Shown here piece after piece: positions 62,370 through 64,000 of a stretch of DNA of 64,000 nucleotides. The stretch lies in assembly GCA_945787785.1 (NCBI GenBank), contig CALZIO010000004.1:31087-95086 (forward strand). The letters run 5' to 3'. A program made the position numbers and the translations under genes. This DNA comes from an uncultured Chromatiaceae bacterium (GTDB lineage: Bacteria; Pseudomonadota; Gammaproteobacteria; Tenderiales; Tenderiaceae). Position 1 is the stretch's first letter; each line of letters starts with the position of its first letter. The notes beneath the pieces were generated by a model that was not told the origin of the DNA, did not search any database, and saw only the letters and a list, made by a program, of their open reading frames with translations.

Positions 62370-62932
62370 GGTTTGTCTCCTGCCAGACGGTCAAAGATGC
62401 TGTCACTTTCTTGGTTGAGGAAGGCGCGCAGAGATGGGCTCATTTGTTCGGCCAACTCCAGCGTCTGTTTCATATGTTTCATATCAAGCTCGGCTATGGA
62501 ATAGATATCGCCGCTTTTCTTGTCGCGCCAGCGGCCGATGATCTTGGACCCGGTCAGGTTGACCCGGCTCAGGTTTTCGATTTCACGCGTGACACTTTGT
62601 TCATGCACCACTTCGCCGCCGCTGCTTGCAGAGGTACTGTAGTCATTGGAGGCGACGGTGAGGTATGAGTTCAGTATGCGGGCCAATTCTGCTCTGGCAC
62701 GATCATCCGCCGTGGATTTCTGCAGTGATTCATCTCCCATGGGTGTGGCAGAGCCGACACCGTGGAACAGGCGGCCATTTTTATCTTTCAGCATCTGAGT
62801 GCCTTCGTTGACCCAGTCAGGGGCGCCTTTAATATGCAGATCGCTTTCGACCATAGTCTTGCTTGAGCAGCCAGCTAAAAAGATCAATAAGATGGCGAAG
62901 AAAAGAAGCCCCTGAGTTTGTCGTCTAACCAT
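62366..62932 (-). CDS. LPP20-family lipoprotein
   Basis: Lipobox FLAGC. PDWVNEG...GVGSA...ADDRARAELARIL is the LPP20 family pattern. 4-nt overlap with the downstream gene. Confidence 0.6.
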   Translation of the reverse strand: MVRRQTQGLLFFAILLIFLAGCSSKTMVESDLHIKGAPDWVNEGTQMLKDKNGRLFHGVGSATPMGDESLQKSTADDRARAELARILNSYLTVASNDYSTSASSGGEVVHEQSVTREIENLSRVNLTGSKIIGRWRDKKSGDIYSIAELDMKHMKQTLELAEQMSPSLRAFLNQESDSIFDRLAGDKP

Positions 62933-63111
62933 AATTTGATCCTCCAAGTGGTTGAATATGCTGATTAACTGTTGTCGTTACCGCAATAGTTAAAGAATAC
63001 CATTTTCCACGGGACAAAGCCCCGTCATTCTGTATGCTTGAATTACCTGACTAATGAACTAGAGTATTACTACTTCGATAAATTTCCAGTTTTATGGAGA
63101 GGAGCTATTAC

Positions 63112-63705
63112 ATGGCAGGTTATTACCATCCCTTGTCTCATCACCAGCTCAGTCAACAAGTGTTAATTCAAACACCTCCTGAGCATCATGGTGCTGTGAT
63201 TACGCAGGAAACCCCGGCAATTCGTGGCATGACGGACCTGTCCCAGACACGACCGTTGATGATCGATCCGTTCACTACCATTACTCAAGCCAACGATAGA
63301 ATGATCATTTATGCGGTGCGCTTGTTGTTTGTTGCCGAGTCATCACAGCAGATGATTGGCATTATTACCGCGTCCGATATCCTGGGTGAAAGGCCGGTTC
63401 AGTATATGAATCAAGTGAACTGTCTCTATGACGAAATTCAGGTGCGAGACATTATGACGCCTGTTGCCGAAATTAAGGTATTGCGCCTGGATGATGTTGA
63501 GCGTGCCCGTATTGGCGATATTATTGCGACACTGAAAAGCAGTGGTCAGCAGCACGCGCTGGTTGTGGAAACGCATGATGAAACCAAGCAGGATTATGTC
63601 TGCGGAATATTCTCAACCTCGCATATCAGCCGCTTGATGAATGTCAGGGTGGAAATTGAAGAGGTAGCAACCAACTTTGCAGCGATTCAAAATGCCTTGA
63701 GTTGA
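63112..63705 (+). CDS. CBS-domain protein
   Basis: ATG 63112 follows a GGAGAGGAG Shine-Dalgarno; the ORF is open from 63094. A tandem CBS-like pattern is present (IGIITASDILGE... / VCGIFSTSHISRL). Confidence 0.6.
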   Translation: MAGYYHPLSHHQLSQQVLIQTPPEHHGAVITQETPAIRGMTDLSQTRPLMIDPFTTITQANDRMIIYAVRLLFVAESSQQMIGIITASDILGERPVQYMNQVNCLYDEIQVRDIMTPVAEIKVLRLDDVERARIGDIIATLKSSGQQHALVVETHDETKQDYVCGIFSTSHISRLMNVRVEIEEVATNFAAIQNALS

Positions 63706-63714
63706 ATGGGCTAG

Positions 63715-63742
63715 CCAGGATAGGCTGCTAAGCCTATTCTGG
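63715..63742 (+). terminator. hairpin downstream of the CBS gene (possible terminator)
   Basis: ccaggataggct-gcta-agcctattctgg forms a 12-bp stem with one G-U pair. The following T-tract is weak. Confidence 0.4.
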
Positions 63743-63806
63743 TAGCTTGCTGTTTACCCCCCGAAGTAGTGCAGCCGCCGAGAGTTGTTAACATTTCAGT
63801 TGTTGG

Positions 63807-63998
63807 TTAGGCGCCGCAACCGAAAAAGGCGCTACAACCATATTGGTAATTGAGCCGATCGCTGGCTGCGTTCTTGGACCAATCAACCACCGCCCGGATG
63901 CCAGTGGCAGTATCACAATCCTGGGAGGGGAAAAGTGTAGTGTTCAGTTCCTCTTCCAGTTCCTCGGTTTTTTCAATATCAGCCTCGGTGAGCGTGCG
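63807..63998 (-). CDS. 3' end of an unidentified ORF entering from beyond the window (Cys-rich C-terminus)
   Basis: Manual minus-strand translation is open from the window edge: RTLTEADIEKTEELEEELNTTLFPSQDCDTATGIRAVVDWSKNAASDRLNYQYGCSAFFGCGA, with stop at 63807-63809. Not in the ORF track because it has no Met. Confidence 0.25.
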   Translation of the reverse strand, partial: RTLTEADIEKTEELEEELNTTLFPSQDCDTATGIRAVVDWSKNAASDRLNYQYGCSAFFGCGA

Positions 63999-64000
63999 CA

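Overview
The window is the replication-origin neighbourhood of a gammaproteobacterium-like chromosome. The conserved rpmH-rnpA-yidD-yidC-mnmE block (41.3-45.1 kb, + strand) diverges from dnaA-dnaN-recF-gyrB (34.7-41.1 kb, - strand). Most of the rest is recognisable housekeeping: rhlB fragment, mtnB, thiD-thiE-hemL, fbp, rlmI, lgt, thyA-folA, pgl-glk, argE and a MoxR-DUF58-transglutaminase operon. No rRNA, tRNA, CRISPR array, transposase or integrase was seen by eye. The best candidate for an undescribed system is an AT-rich six-gene island at 15.5-24.7 kb. It holds two paralogous ThDP (acetolactate-synthase-like) enzymes, an O-methyltransferase, two degenerate citrate-synthase-like proteins and an embedded TonB-dependent receptor, with a Fur-box-like palindrome in one promoter. 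I cannot match this gene set to any characterised pathway. Other loci worth a second look: (1) an LVIVD beta-propeller / helical protein / periplasmic binding protein / histidine kinase / dual-REC GGDEF-EAL operon (6.6-15.5 kb); (2) a Tat-exported metallophosphoesterase with a SoxA-like monohaem cytochrome c and a DUF1566 protein (45.4-47.6 kb); (3) a lysine-catabolic module with a divergent DUF1338 (HglS-like) gene (53.3-57.2 kb); (4) a four-lipoprotein LPP20/LpoB-like envelope cluster (59.4-62.9 kb); (5) a DnaA-box cluster plus AT-rich tract in the dnaA-dnaN spacer; (6) a frameshifted VOC gene; (7) a structured thyA-folA spacer. All functional calls come from by-eye motif recognition in the supplied translations. 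No database search was run.
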